Source: an uncultured Chloroflexia bacterium (GTDB lineage Bacteria; Chloroflexota; Limnocylindria; Limnocylindrales; CSP1-4). From it: DNA of 64,000 nt. The stretch is from NCBI GenBank assembly GCA_963712745.1, contig CAVQJC010000005.1, positions 256,001 through 320,000 of the forward strand, read 5' to 3'. Made by a program: the position numbers and the translations under genes. This document shows positions 30,603 through 40,737 of this stretch, piece after piece (position 1 is the stretch's first letter; the number at the start of each line of letters is the position of its first letter). The notes below the pieces were generated by a model. That model was not told where the DNA came from and ran no database searches. It saw only the letters and a list, made by a program, of their open reading frames with translations.

Positions 30603-30830
30603 ATGAACGACACACCTCCCACGACCAAATCGCTGAACCTGCGCTCGTCCGAGTTGGACACCATGAGCGCGCTCGAGATCGTGGCTCTCATGAACGGCGA
30701 GGACGCGACCGTGCCGTCGGCCATCCGCCCGGCGTTGCCGGCCATCGCAGCTTCGGTCGACCTCATCGCCGAGCGGTTGGGCGGTGGCGGGCGACTCTTC
30801 TACGCCGGAGCCGGCGTCGTCGCGCGGTGA
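30603..30830 (+). pseudogene. murQ: 5' fragment of N-acetylmuramic acid 6-phosphate etherase
   Basis: LDTMSALEIVALMNGEDATVP...GGRLFYAGAG matches the MurQ N-terminus; it stops just before TSGRLG. Confidence 0.85.
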
Positions 30831-32062
30831 GCGAGCAGCCGATCCGCACATCGGTCGACAAGCTTCGGGCCGATACGCGTACACGGATCGAAGGCCTCAT
30901 CGGCGCTGCGGTGCCATCGGTGGCACCGGCTCTCGCCATCAGCGTGTGGCAGGCGGGCGCGCCCTGGTACGAGGCCTACGCCGGCTGGGTCGACCCGGAT
31001 TCGCAGACGACGCCGGTCGGCTACCGGTCCCTCTTCGACCTTGCCTCGGTGAGCAAGCTGTTCACCGCTACAGCTGCCCTGCGCCTCGCCAACGATTCCA
31101 GGCTCGACCTGGACGAGCCCATCGCCAGGGTCATCCCCGAGTTTGGCGCGAGCGGACCTCGCGGCGTGGACGGCGGCCAGGACCCGCTCAGCTGGGAGAT
31201 GCTGCCGACTCCGATTCAGCGTCGTGACTGGAGCGTGGACCCCGCGAGCGTGACGATGCGGCAGTTGCTGACGCACACGAGTGGCCTGGCCCCATGGCGC
31301 AGCCTCTTCCGCGTGGTCGAGCCGGCCCCGCCCCCACCTGATGAACCAGATCCGACCAGCATCGAGGAGCGATGGTCGTCCGCCCTCTCGGCCATCGCCG
31401 GCTATCGGTTCGTGGCCAGGCCGGGCGAGGAGTTCCACTACAGCGACCTCGGCTTCACGCTCGTGGGCATGGCCGTGGCCCGTCGCTTCGGGCAACCCTT
31501 GTCGATGGCCATGCAAGCGCTCATCCGGGACCGCCTGGGCCTCGACTCGATGACCTACACGCCGCTGGCCGCCGGGCGCCCCAGGATGCGCATCGTGCCC
31601 ACCGAGATCGATGGCCGCTGGCGTGGTCGGCGATGCTGGGGCGAGGTCCACGACGAGAACGCGGCCGGGATGGGTGGCGTGGCCGGTCACGCCGGCCTGT
31701 TCGCCACGGTGCACGATGTGGCCCGCTTCGGCGTGGCCTGGCTGCGGCAGGACCCGCGCCTGCGACTGGAGAGGTTCAGACGCACGGCGGTCAGTGACCA
31801 GACGCCTGGCATGGGTGTGGCCAGGGGCTTCGGCTGGCAGGTCCAGCCGACCGACCACATGGCCCCCTTGAGCGACGCGGCCTACGGGCACACGGGCTTC
31901 ACCGGCACCTCGCTGGTGGTGGACCCCGGCCGCGACCTGGTCATCGCCCTGCTCACCAACCGTGTCTACTGGGGCCGCGATCCAATGGCCATCGACCGCC
32001 TTCGTCTCGACGTCCACGAGATCTTCGCCAACATCACCGAGGCCGGCGTTCAGTCATCATGA
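30827..32062 (+). CDS. Serine hydrolase, beta-lactamase (class C-like) family
   Basis: FDLASVSK, LLTHTSGL, YSDLG, GEVHDENA, GHAGLF and GHTGFTG. Confidence 0.9.
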   Translation: MSEQPIRTSVDKLRADTRTRIEGLIGAAVPSVAPALAISVWQAGAPWYEAYAGWVDPDSQTTPVGYRSLFDLASVSKLFTATAALRLANDSRLDLDEPIARVIPEFGASGPRGVDGGQDPLSWEMLPTPIQRRDWSVDPASVTMRQLLTHTSGLAPWRSLFRVVEPAPPPPDEPDPTSIEERWSSALSAIAGYRFVARPGEEFHYSDLGFTLVGMAVARRFGQPLSMAMQALIRDRLGLDSMTYTPLAAGRPRMRIVPTEIDGRWRGRRCWGEVHDENAAGMGGVAGHAGLFATVHDVARFGVAWLRQDPRLRLERFRRTAVSDQTPGMGVARGFGWQVQPTDHMAPLSDAAYGHTGFTGTSLVVDPGRDLVIALLTNRVYWGRDPMAIDRLRLDVHEIFANITEAGVQSS

Positions 32063-32069
32063 GCCGGAC

Positions 32070-33452
32070 ATGAGCGTCCACCCCATCCTGGCGAGGCTCC
32101 AGGCCAGCCTGCCCGACCTGCGCGTGCTCACATCGCCCTCGGACACCGCCCCCTTTCGTCGCGACGAGACCGAGTTCGTGCCCGATGGGCAGCCGCTGGC
32201 GGTGGTCTTCCCCTCGTCCACCGCCGAGGTCAGCACCGTCGTCCGGCACTGTGCCCGGCAGCGGGTGCCGGTGGTCGTGCGAGGAGGCGGCTCCGGTCTC
32301 TCCGGCGGTGCCAACGCGGTGGAGGGTTGCATCGTGCTGGTCATGACTGGCATGGACCGCATCCTGGAGATCGACCCCCACAACCTGGTCGTGGTCACCC
32401 AGGCCGGCGTCATCACCGCCGACCTCGAGCACGCCGTCGAAGCACAGGGTCTGCTCTACCCGCCCGATCCAGCCAGCCACGAGATCAGCTGCATCGGCGG
32501 CAACATCGCCGAGAACGCGGGCGGCCTGCGCTGTGTCAAGTACGGGGTCACCCGCGACTACGTGCTGGGCCTGGAGGTCGTGCTCGCGGACGGCGAGGTC
32601 ATCCGCACCGGTGGCCGCAACGTCAAGGACGTGGCCGGCTACGACCTGACCCGGCTCATGGTCGGATCGGAGGGGACACTCGGCATCATCACCGAGGCCA
32701 CCCTTCGGCTGCGCCCGCTGCCGGCGCCCAAGACGACCTTGCTGGCCTTCTTTCCCAGCGTGCGGCAGGCGGGGGACGCGGTCTCGCGCATCACCGCGGC
32801 CGGCGTCGTGCCGGTGACTCTGGAGATGCTCGACCGCCACATCATCGACGCCGTCGAGTCGGCCCTTCACCTGGGACTCGACCCAGCCGCCGGTGCCATG
32901 CTGATGATCGAATCCGACGCGGGCGGCGAGCTGGCCGACCGCGAGCTGGAGGCAGCGGCGGGGGCCTGCGAGGCTGCCGGCGCCACCTCGTTGGACCGGG
33001 CCACCGATGAGGCCGAGGCGGATGCGATGCGTGAAGCCCGCCGCAAGGCGCACTACTCGCTCGAGCAGCTGGGGCAGGCACGGACCGAGGACGTCAGCGT
33101 GCCCCGCAGCCGGGTCGGCGACCTGATCGAGGCCATCGCCGGCATCTCCGAGCGACACGGCATGGAGATCGGCGTCTTCGGCCACGCCGGCGACGGCAAC
33201 TTCCACCCGGCCTACGTGACCGGGCATGACGACCCGCGTGCCGAGGAGCGCACGGACGCGGTGCGGGCCGAGGTGTACACCGCGGTGCTCGCGCTTGGCG
33301 GCTCCATCACCGGGGAGCACGGTACGGGCCTGACCAAACGGAGCTTCCTCGAGCAGCAGGTCGGGCCCCGGGGCCTGGCGGTCATGCGCGCTATCAAGGC
33401 CGCGCTCGACCCCGACGGCATCCTCAACCCGGGCAAGGTGCTGCCCGACTGA
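32070..33452 (+). CDS. FAD-linked oxidase, GlcD/D-lactate dehydrogenase family
   Basis: RGGGSGLSGG, YPPDPAS, KYGVTRDYV, GSEGTLG, GHAGDGNFH, ITGEHGTG and DPDGILNPGK. Confidence 0.92.
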   Translation: MSVHPILARLQASLPDLRVLTSPSDTAPFRRDETEFVPDGQPLAVVFPSSTAEVSTVVRHCARQRVPVVVRGGGSGLSGGANAVEGCIVLVMTGMDRILEIDPHNLVVVTQAGVITADLEHAVEAQGLLYPPDPASHEISCIGGNIAENAGGLRCVKYGVTRDYVLGLEVVLADGEVIRTGGRNVKDVAGYDLTRLMVGSEGTLGIITEATLRLRPLPAPKTTLLAFFPSVRQAGDAVSRITAAGVVPVTLEMLDRHIIDAVESALHLGLDPAAGAMLMIESDAGGELADRELEAAAGACEAAGATSLDRATDEAEADAMREARRKAHYSLEQLGQARTEDVSVPRSRVGDLIEAIAGISERHGMEIGVFGHAGDGNFHPAYVTGHDDPRAEERTDAVRAEVYTAVLALGGSITGEHGTGLTKRSFLEQQVGPRGLAVMRAIKAALDPDGILNPGKVLPD

Positions 33453-33570
33453 GACGACCGCTCAGGCTGCTGGCCGGCATCAGCGCCGGCTGCGGACCCA
33501 CGTGGAGGCGGTGAAGACGGCCCTGCCGGCACTCATCGCCTCCTACATCGCCGAGCCGGCACGACCGGCG

Positions 33571-33969
33571 ATGGCGAGACCCCAGTCGGCCCGAGGAACG
33601 CGGCCGCCACCTATCTCGTCACCGTCGCCATCAACGGCGCGGCGGTGGCTCTGCCCCTCAACGGGCTCGCGGCCGCAGATCTCCGATCGGTTCCCGGTCC
33701 TGGTCACGCCGGCGGCGGCCGGCGTGGCCATCGCGGCTATGATGCTCGTCCGCGAGTCCGATTGGGCCTTCGCCCTGGTCATCATCTGGGCCTACGTCGG
33801 CATCGCGGTGAAGCAAGAGGCCGTCGTCGCGGTCGCGGCTGCGGTGGCGGTAGCGATCGTGGTGGGTGTGCTCATCGCCTACGTGCTGCTCCGTTCACGG
33901 CAGACGGAGCCGGGGGCCCACCGCCCCACCTGGGGCCGGCTGGGGCGCAGCCGTGCGCCGCGCCCGTGA
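33571..33969 (+). pseudogene. Internally deleted, frameshifted tryptophan-rich sensory (TspO-like) membrane protein
   Basis: Pieces LVTVAINGAAVALPLNG / QISDRFPVLVTPA, in different frames, join directly to C-terminal DWAFALVIIWAYVGIAVKQ. Confidence 0.55.
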
Positions 33970-34064
33970 CAGCGACGCCAGTGGGCGCCACAATGTCGGC
34001 TTCGCGCGAGCGGCGGTCGTGACCGCGCGGCGTGCGATCGAGGAGGATAGGGAGGAGCGGAGCC

Positions 34065-35516
34065 ATGGCAGGGACGCCCCGGGCGGTGCACGCCTATCAG
34101 CAGTGGATCGCGGGCGCTTGGGTCGACAGCGCCAGCGGCCAGACCACCGAGGTCCTCAACCCAGCAGACGGCGAGGTCATCGCATCGGTGCCAGCGTCAG
34201 GCCCCGAGGACGTCGATCGCGCCGCCAACGCAGCCGCGGCGGCCTTCGAGACCTGGGGGCATACCACGCCGCAGGATCGGAGCCTGATGCTGCTCAAGCT
34301 GGCCGACGCGCTCGAGGCCCGGGCAGATGAGCTGGGCGCCCTCGAGAGCCGCAACTGTGGCAAGCCCCGCGGCGCGGCCGTGGACGAGGTCACGACCATG
34401 GCCGACAACCTGCGCTTCTTCGCGGGAGCAGCACGAGTCATGGAGGGCAAGGCCGCCAACGAGTACATCGCCGACCGGACCTCCCTCATCCGTCGGGACC
34501 CGGTCGGGGTGGTGGCATCCATCGCTCCCTGGAACTACCCCATCTACATGGCCGGCTGGAAGATCGGGCCGGCACTTGCAGCCGGCAACACGGTCGTGCT
34601 CAAGCCGTCCATCCGGACGCCGCTGACCTCGCTGGCGCTGGCGGAGATCGCGGCGGACATCTTCCCGCCCGGCGTACTCAACGTCATCACCGGCAGCGGC
34701 GAAGCCATCGGCGATGCGCTGGTGACCCACCCGCGCGTGGACATGGTCTCCGTCACCGGCGACACCGCCACCGGCCAGCGCATCGCGCGCAACGCGGCCG
34801 ATTCGGTCAAGCGACTCCACCTCGAGCTGGGCGGCAAGGCGCCAGTCCTCGTCTTCGACGACGCGGACGTAGCCCTGGCGGCGCAGACGATCCGTTCGGC
34901 CGGCTTCTGGAACTCCGGCCAGGACTGCACCGCGGCCTGCAGGGTCATCGCCGGCCCGGCCGTCTACGACCGCTTCGTGGCCGCGCTCTCCGACGAAGTG
35001 CGGGCCATCCGCTGGGGCGACCCTGCGACCCAGGAGGACCTGGAGATGGGCTCGCTCATCGGGCCGGGCCAGGTGGACAGGGTGGCAGGCATGGTCGAGC
35101 GCGCTGGCTCCGGCGCCGAGATCGTGGTCGGCGGGGTCCGCCCCGATCGTGCCGGCGCGTACTACGAGCCCACGCTCATCGCCGGACCGGACCAGGGCAG
35201 CGAGATCATCCAGGACGAGGTCTTTGGCCCGGTGGTGACGGTCCAGCGGGTCAGCGACGAGGAGACGGCGGTGGCCTGGGCCAACGACGTGCGTTACGGG
35301 CTGGCCGCGTCGGTCTTCACACGCGACATCGGCCGGGCCATGCGGGTGTCCAAGGCCCTCCAGTACGGGACGGTCTGGGTCAACGACCACTTCACGCTCG
35401 TCTCGGAGATGCCGCACGGCGGGTTCAAGCAGTCGGGCTGGGGCAAGGACCAGTCGATGTACGCGGTCGAGGACTACACCGTCGTCAAGCACGTGATGAT
35501 CAACACCGGCGTGTGA
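34065..35516 (+). CDS. patD: Gamma-aminobutyraldehyde dehydrogenase (PatD/YdcW-like)
   Basis: [29 protein letters not shown] and [11 protein letters not shown]; heads a polyamine ABC operon. Confidence 0.88.
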   Translation: MAGTPRAVHAYQQWIAGAWVDSASGQTTEVLNPADGEVIASVPASGPEDVDRAANAAAAAFETWGHTTPQDRSLMLLKLADALEARADELGALESRNCGKPRGAAVDEVTTMADNLRFFAGAARVMEGKAANEYIADRTSLIRRDPVGVVASIAPWNYPIYMAGWKIGPALAAGNTVVLKPSIRTPLTSLALAEIAADIFPPGVLNVITGSGEAIGDALVTHPRVDMVSVTGDTATGQRIARNAADSVKRLHLELGGKAPVLVFDDADVALAAQTIRSAGFWNSGQDCTAACRVIAGPAVYDRFVAALSDEVRAIRWGDPATQEDLEMGSLIGPGQVDRVAGMVERAGSGAEIVVGGVRPDRAGAYYEPTLIAGPDQGSEIIQDEVFGPVVTVQRVSDEETAVAWANDVRYGLAASVFTRDIGRAMRVSKALQYGTVWVNDHFTLVSEMPHGGFKQSGWGKDQSMYAVEDYTVVKHVMINTGV

Positions 35517-35570
35517 GGTGGCCGACGACATGACGAAGCGGGCACCGATCCCCCCAGCGCCGAGGATGCA

Positions 35571-36695
35571 TTGAGCATACGGGCGGGCGCAGCCGGGCCC
35601 GGGCCGGCCACCGCTGCCGTTGCCGACACCGACGTGGCGGTGAGCCTCGAGAACCTCACCAAGGACTACGGCGAGGTGACCGCCGTGGACGGCATCGACC
35701 TGCAGATCCGCAAGGGCGAGTTCTTCTCGCTGCTGGGACCCTCGGGCTCGGGCAAGACCACCACCCTGCGCATGATCGCCGGCTTCGAGCTGCCGACAGC
35801 GGGGCGCGTCCTGCTCGATGGGCGGGACGTCTCGCGGTTGCCGCCGTACGAGCGCGACGTGAACACCGTCTTCCAGGACTACGCCCTGTTCCCGCACATG
35901 TCGGTCGGCGACAACGTGGCCTACGGGCTGATGATCCGCAAGGTATCCCGCGCTGAGCGCCGGGAGCGGGCCGGGGAGGCCTTGCGCATGGTCCGACTGG
36001 AGGGCTACGAGGCACGCAAGCCGGGCCAGCTCTCCGGCGGCCAGCGCCAGCGAGTGGCGCTGGCGCGTGCCCTGGTCAACCGCCCCAGCGTGCTGCTGCT
36101 CGACGAGCCGCTGGGCGCGCTCGACCTGAAGCTCCGCCAGCAGATGCAGATCGAGCTCAAGACCATCCAGCAGGACGTAGGCATCACCTTCATCTACGTC
36201 ACCCACGACCAGGACGAGGCCCTCGCCATGAGCGACCGCATGGCCATCTTCGACCGCGGGCGCATCGAGCAGGTGGGGCCTCCGGCGGAGGTCTACGAGG
36301 CTCCGGCGACCGCCTTCGTGGCGGGCTTCGTGGGCACGTCGAACATCCTCAGCGGAGCCGCTGCGGAGGCCATCCTGGGCGCCGGCGGTACCTTCACCGT
36401 GCGGCCCGAGAAGATCCATCTCGAAGAAGCCGGTGCGACCGTGCCCGATAGCTCCGTGGCGGCCGACGGCCGAGTCCACGACGTGGTCTACCTGGGCTCG
36501 GACACGAAATACCACGTCGAGCTCGATGCGGGCGGCACACTGGAGGTCATCAAACAGAACGTGGCCACCTCATCGACCGAAGCACTGGCGCTCAAGGGCG
36601 CGCGCGTGCGACTGGTGTGGGAACGGCGCCACGTGCTCCCCGTTCTATCCGAACCATCCCCTGCAGGCGGCGATCCGAGGGCGCCTGCGTCCTGA
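35571..36695 (+). CDS. Polyamine ABC transporter ATP-binding protein (PotA/YdcT-like)
   Basis: [29 protein letters not shown] and a TOBE tail. Confidence 0.92.
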   Translation: MSIRAGAAGPGPATAAVADTDVAVSLENLTKDYGEVTAVDGIDLQIRKGEFFSLLGPSGSGKTTTLRMIAGFELPTAGRVLLDGRDVSRLPPYERDVNTVFQDYALFPHMSVGDNVAYGLMIRKVSRAERRERAGEALRMVRLEGYEARKPGQLSGGQRQRVALARALVNRPSVLLLDEPLGALDLKLRQQMQIELKTIQQDVGITFIYVTHDQDEALAMSDRMAIFDRGRIEQVGPPAEVYEAPATAFVAGFVGTSNILSGAAAEAILGAGGTFTVRPEKIHLEEAGATVPDSSVAADGRVHDVVYLGSDTKYHVELDAGGTLEVIKQNVATSSTEALALKGARVRLVWERRHVLPVLSEPSPAGGDPRAPAS

Positions 36696-36749
36696 ACTCG
36701 GTCCCCCCAACCAAGAGGAGAGGACAAGACATTGGAGGTAGGAAGAAAC

Positions 36750-37940
36750 ATGAGAACCCCTGTCCGTGTTCGGGCAGCCGTCGGCCTGGCCGTCGTGCTC
36801 AGTCTGGCCGCCACGCCCGTGGTGCTGGCCCAGGAGCTGCCCGTGCCTGAGGGCGCCCTCACAGAGATCGGCGAGCCCGAAGGCTCGGTCGAGGTCGTAG
36901 CCTGGGCAGGCTACGTGGAGGACGGCTCGAACGACCCGGCCATCGACTGGGTCAGTTCCTTCGAGGAGTCCACCGGCTGCGAGGTCAACGTCACGCTGGG
37001 TAACACGTCCGACGAGATGTTCACACTCATGCAGACGGGCAACTACGACCTCGTCTCGGCATCGGGCGACGCGTCGAACCGCCTCATCGCGTCAGGCACG
37101 GTCCAACCCATCAATCTCAACCTCATCCCCAACTACGCCGACGTCTTCGAGGGCCTGAAGAACCAGCCCCACAACACGGTCGACGGCGTGGCCTACGGGG
37201 TGCCACACGGCCGCGGTGCCAACCTGCTCATGTACAACACCGAAGAGGTGAGCCCGGCCCCGGACAGCTGGGCTGTGGTTTGGGAGCCCGACTCCGAGTG
37301 GGCCGCGCAGGTGGCCGGCAAGGTCACCGCCTACGACAGCCCCATCTACATCGCCGACGCAGCCGTCTACCTGATGGCCACCCGGCCCGAGCTGGGCATC
37401 CAGAACCCCTACGCGCTCGACGACACGCAGTTCGCCGCAGCGGTCGACCTGGCCAAGCAGCAGCGCGAGCTCATCGGCCGCTACTGGGCCCTCTACACCG
37501 ATGAGATCGCCCAGTTCCAGGCCGGTGACTCCAACGTGGGCACCACCTGGCAGGTCATCGCCAACGTCCTCCAGGGCAGCGAGCCGGTCACGCCCATCGA
37601 CGTGGTCCTGCCCAAGGAAGGCTCGACCGGCTGGTCCGACACCTGGATGCTGGCCAGCGAGGCCGCACATCCCAACTGCGGCTACCTGTTCATGAACCAC
37701 ATCATCTCGCCCGAGGTGAACGTGGTCGCCACCGAGTACTTCGGCGAGGCACCGTCCAACGCCAAGGCGTGCGACCTCAACCCTGAGCACTGCGACACGT
37801 ACCACGCGACCGACGAGGAGTACTTCTCCAACGTCTGGTACTGGTCGACCCCCCAGGCCCAGTGCCTCGACGGCCGCACCGACGTGGTCTGCAAGGACTA
37901 CTCGGAGTGGACGCAGGCCTGGACCGAGATCAAGGGCTGA
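36750..37940 (+). CDS. Polyamine ABC transporter substrate-binding protein (YdcS-like)
   Basis: Signal peptide, VAWAGY, TSDEM, SASGDAS and PKEGSTGWSDTWM. Confidence 0.88.
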   Translation: MRTPVRVRAAVGLAVVLSLAATPVVLAQELPVPEGALTEIGEPEGSVEVVAWAGYVEDGSNDPAIDWVSSFEESTGCEVNVTLGNTSDEMFTLMQTGNYDLVSASGDASNRLIASGTVQPINLNLIPNYADVFEGLKNQPHNTVDGVAYGVPHGRGANLLMYNTEEVSPAPDSWAVVWEPDSEWAAQVAGKVTAYDSPIYIADAAVYLMATRPELGIQNPYALDDTQFAAAVDLAKQQRELIGRYWALYTDEIAQFQAGDSNVGTTWQVIANVLQGSEPVTPIDVVLPKEGSTGWSDTWMLASEAAHPNCGYLFMNHIISPEVNVVATEYFGEAPSNAKACDLNPEHCDTYHATDEEYFSNVWYWSTPQAQCLDGRTDVVCKDYSEWTQAWTEIKG

Positions 37941-38039
37941 CCGCCCCATGATGTACGGCGCGGGCGCGTCATGGGCCACCAGGGCCCGGGCCTGCTCGCG
38001 CCCGAGTCACCCCTATGCCACGACGGCGGGTGCGCTCCG

Positions 38040-38936
38040 ATGAGTGCGCCCGCCGTATCGCTGCCTGGCTCGGGCTCGCTGCGCGCTGGCCAGCGCTGGC
38101 TGTACCGGCATCCGCGCGTGCAGCTGGTGGCGCTGCTGGCACTGCCGATCGGCGCCCTCTTCGTGGTCTACCTCGGCTCGCTCGTCGTGCTGCTGGCCAA
38201 CGCGTTCTGGACGCTGGACCCCTTCACTCGGCAGGTGCAGCGCGAGCCGAGCCTGGACAACTTCGCGACCATCCTCAACGGCGCGGTCTACCGCACCATC
38301 ACCTTGCGGACCATCGGCATGGCCGCGCTCGTGACCCTGACCTGCGCCACCATCGGCTTTCCGGTCGCCTACTACATCGCCCGCATCGCCTCGCTGAGAA
38401 GCCGGCGACTGCTGGTGGTCATGGTGCTGCTGCCGCTGTGGGCCAGCTACCTCGTCAAGGTCTTCGCCTGGCGCACCATCCTGCAGCAGAAGGGCCTGCT
38501 CAACTGGGTGCTGGAGCCGCTCGGCCTGGAGGGGCCAGGCTACGGCGACGTGGCGGTGTGGCTGGTGTTCACGTACCTCTGGCTGCCCTACATGATCCTG
38601 CCTATCGTGGCCGGTCTCGAGCGGATCCCCTCATCGCTGCTGGAGGCCTCCGCCGACCTTGGGGGCCGCTCCACCTTCACCTTCCGCAAGGTCATCTTCC
38701 CCCTCGCGCTGCCGGCGGTGGTGGCCGGCTCCATCTTCACGTTCTCGCTGACGCTGGGTGACTTCATCACGCCCTCCCTGGTCTCGAGTACGCAGTTCCT
38801 GGGCAACGTCATCCAGCGGGAGGTAGGCGTGTCAGGCAACCTGCCGCTGGCGGCAGCACTGGCGCTCATCCCGGTCATCGTGATGGTGGTGTACCTGGCG
38901 GTGGCGCGGAAGCTCGGCGCCTTCGAGGCGATGTGA
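38040..38936 (+). CDS. Polyamine ABC permease (PotB/YdcU-like)
   Basis: PLWASYLVK, LLEASADLG and TFSLTLGD. Confidence 0.9.
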   Translation: MSAPAVSLPGSGSLRAGQRWLYRHPRVQLVALLALPIGALFVVYLGSLVVLLANAFWTLDPFTRQVQREPSLDNFATILNGAVYRTITLRTIGMAALVTLTCATIGFPVAYYIARIASLRSRRLLVVMVLLPLWASYLVKVFAWRTILQQKGLLNWVLEPLGLEGPGYGDVAVWLVFTYLWLPYMILPIVAGLERIPSSLLEASADLGGRSTFTFRKVIFPLALPAVVAGSIFTFSLTLGDFITPSLVSSTQFLGNVIQREVGVSGNLPLAAALALIPVIVMVVYLAVARKLGAFEAM

Positions 38937-38937
38937 C

Positions 38938-39735
38938 GTGAACGAGCCGCGCAGCACCCGCCTGCTCCTGAGTCTCGCCACCGTCGCCGTGCTGGCGTTC
39001 ATCTACGTGCCGCTGGTGGTCATCGGCATCTACGCCTTCAACAGCTCCACCAACCAGGCCTGGCCTATCCCCGGCTTGAGCCTGCAGTGGTTCGAGCGCG
39101 CCCTGGAACAGAGCGGCGTTCGTGACGCCTTGTGGACATCCATCCGCGCGGGCCTGACAGCCACCGGCATCGCGTTGGTGCTGGGCAGCCTGGCCGCGTT
39201 CGCGGTGCAGCGCTACAAGTTCTTCGGCCGCGAGACCATCACCTTCCTGATCATCCTGCCCATCGCGCTGCCGGGCATCGTCACCGGTATCGCCCTGAAC
39301 GCTGCCTTCAACACCGCCGACCTGCCCTTCGGGTTCATGACCATCGTCATCGGCCATGCCACCTTCTGCGTGGTCGTCTGCTACAACAACGTGCTCGCGC
39401 GGGTGCGACGCGTCTCGCGCCACCTGGAGGAGGCGTCGATGGACCTGGGCGCGACGCAGTGGCAGACGTTCCGCTTCGTGACCTTCCCGGCCATCCGGAC
39501 CGCGCTCCTCGCCGGCGGCTTGCTGGCCTTCGCGCTGTCGTTCGACGAGGTCATCGTGACGACCTTCACGACCGGCGGAGGCGAGCGCACGCTGCCCATC
39601 TGGATCCTGCAGAACTATTCGCGCACCAACGGCCTGCCCATCGTCAACGCCGTGGCGCTGATCCTCATCCTCGTGTCGATCGTGCCGGTCTACATCGCCC
39701 AACGCCTGGCCGGCGGATCGGTCCCCGCGCGCTGA
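38938..39735 (+). CDS. Polyamine ABC permease (PotC/YdcV-like)
   Basis: FIYVPL, LEEASMDLGA, FALSFDE and TLPIWI. Confidence 0.9.
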   Translation: MNEPRSTRLLLSLATVAVLAFIYVPLVVIGIYAFNSSTNQAWPIPGLSLQWFERALEQSGVRDALWTSIRAGLTATGIALVLGSLAAFAVQRYKFFGRETITFLIILPIALPGIVTGIALNAAFNTADLPFGFMTIVIGHATFCVVVCYNNVLARVRRVSRHLEEASMDLGATQWQTFRFVTFPAIRTALLAGGLLAFALSFDEVIVTTFTTGGGERTLPIWILQNYSRTNGLPIVNAVALILILVSIVPVYIAQRLAGGSVPAR

Positions 39736-39849
39736 ACGCGGGTCCAGTCGTGGACCGGCCAAGGAGGCGTTCGGTGGACCGATGTGACTGCCCTTGTCGC
39801 GGACCGGGCCGGTAGGGATGCGTGATTCCGGTGTCGACGGGCGACCCGC

Positions 39850-39855
39850 TAGAAT
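39850..39855 (+). promoter_or_regulatory. Putative sigma70 -10 box of the tRNA gene
   Basis: TAGAAT lies 10 nt upstream of the tRNA 5' end. Confidence 0.55.
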
Positions 39856-39865
39856 GTCGCCCGAG

Positions 39866-39940
39866 GCCGACATAGCTCAGTGGTAGAGCAGCTGTTTCGT
39901 AAACAGCAGGTCCTCGGTTCAAATCCGAGTGTCGGCTCCA
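39866..39940 (+). tRNA. tRNA-Thr (anticodon CGT)
   Basis: gccgaca/tgtcggc acceptor stem, D arm gctcagtggtagagc, anticodon arm gctgt-ttCGTaa-acagc, T loop ttcaaat, encoded CCA. Confidence 0.97.
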
Positions 39941-39964
39941 CTCCCCACGCGTGAGACGGCCGCC

Positions 39965-40369
39965 TCAGCGTGACCACAGTCGCAGGTCGACGTGCGGTGC
40001 CATGAGCTCGAAGTCGCGGTCCGTGGTGAGCATGACCAGGTCGTGCCGGCGACAGAGCTGCGCAAGCAGCGCATCGATGGTGCCGACCGAGATGCCGTGA
40101 CGACGACAGACGTTCCGCAGCTCGGCCGCTTCCACATGGTCGGCTCGGTCGGGCACAAGGAGCGGGAGCGCAGCGAAGCGCTCGACGATGGCATCGCGTG
40201 CGTTCGGCCCATGGAACCCCTGTAGCAGCTCCTGTAGCACGAGCCCTGTCGTGAAGACGCCCTCTCCCGTTTCGAGTGCCTGGCGCAAGCGCTCGACAGC
40301 CGGTTCATCGGGCGTGGCGTCACGGCGCAGCGCGAGGGACCACACGCTGGTGTCGACGAAGAGGTCCAC
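39965..40369 (-). CDS. vapC: VapC PIN-domain toxin
   Basis: FVDTSVW, VLQELLQG, TIDALLA and LTTDRDF. Confidence 0.92.
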   Translation of the reverse strand: MDLFVDTSVWSLALRRDATPDEPAVERLRQALETGEGVFTTGLVLQELLQGFHGPNARDAIVERFAALPLLVPDRADHVEAAELRNVCRRHGISVGTIDALLAQLCRRHDLVMLTTDRDFELMAPHVDLRLWSR

Positions 40370-40567
40370 TCAGCGGGCGCGCTCAGCCTTGTAGTCGTAC
40401 CGCGGATCCCAGTCGAGGGCCGCGAACAGCTCGACGATGCGCCGCTGCTCATGGCGTGCGACGTACTCGCGCAGCGCACGCGTGACCGCCGCGGTCTTGG
40501 TGCGCTCGCCACTCACCTTCACAGCCTGCTCGAGGAGTCCAGGATCGATATCGAGGTTGGTCGGCAT
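40370..40567 (-). CDS. vapB: VapB-family antitoxin
   Basis: MPTNLDIDPGLLEQA...TKTAAVTRALREYV, directly upstream of vapC. Confidence 0.9.
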   Translation of the reverse strand: MPTNLDIDPGLLEQAVKVSGERTKTAAVTRALREYVARHEQRRIVELFAALDWDPRYDYKAERAR

Positions 40568-40620
40568 GTGCGGATTGTCGCACAATGCTCTGCACAATGG
40601 CAGCGCCTCAGTCTGGGACA

Positions 40621-40680
40621 TCCTCGCGATCCGTCAACAGGCCAGATCCCTCATCGAAATACTTGAGCCATCGGGCTGGA
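40621..40680 (+). repeat. Heavily degenerate att copy (tRNA 3' half)
   Basis: tcctcgcga+tccgtcaaca... shares its flank with the 53558 junction tcctcgcga+ttcgcaaaca; gapped similarity continues to ~40680. Confidence 0.5.
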
Positions 40681-40737
40681 TCGCCGGTGGCCCGCCTGGC
40701 AGCAGGCCACCGGCTGATCCCAGGGGAGCCCCCTTAT

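Noticed and set aside
34197-36515. Long antisense ORFs (also 16260-18287, 14429-16417, 20079-21677, 40585-42213)
   Set aside because: Shadow frames of well-supported genes in high-GC DNA, without motifs.
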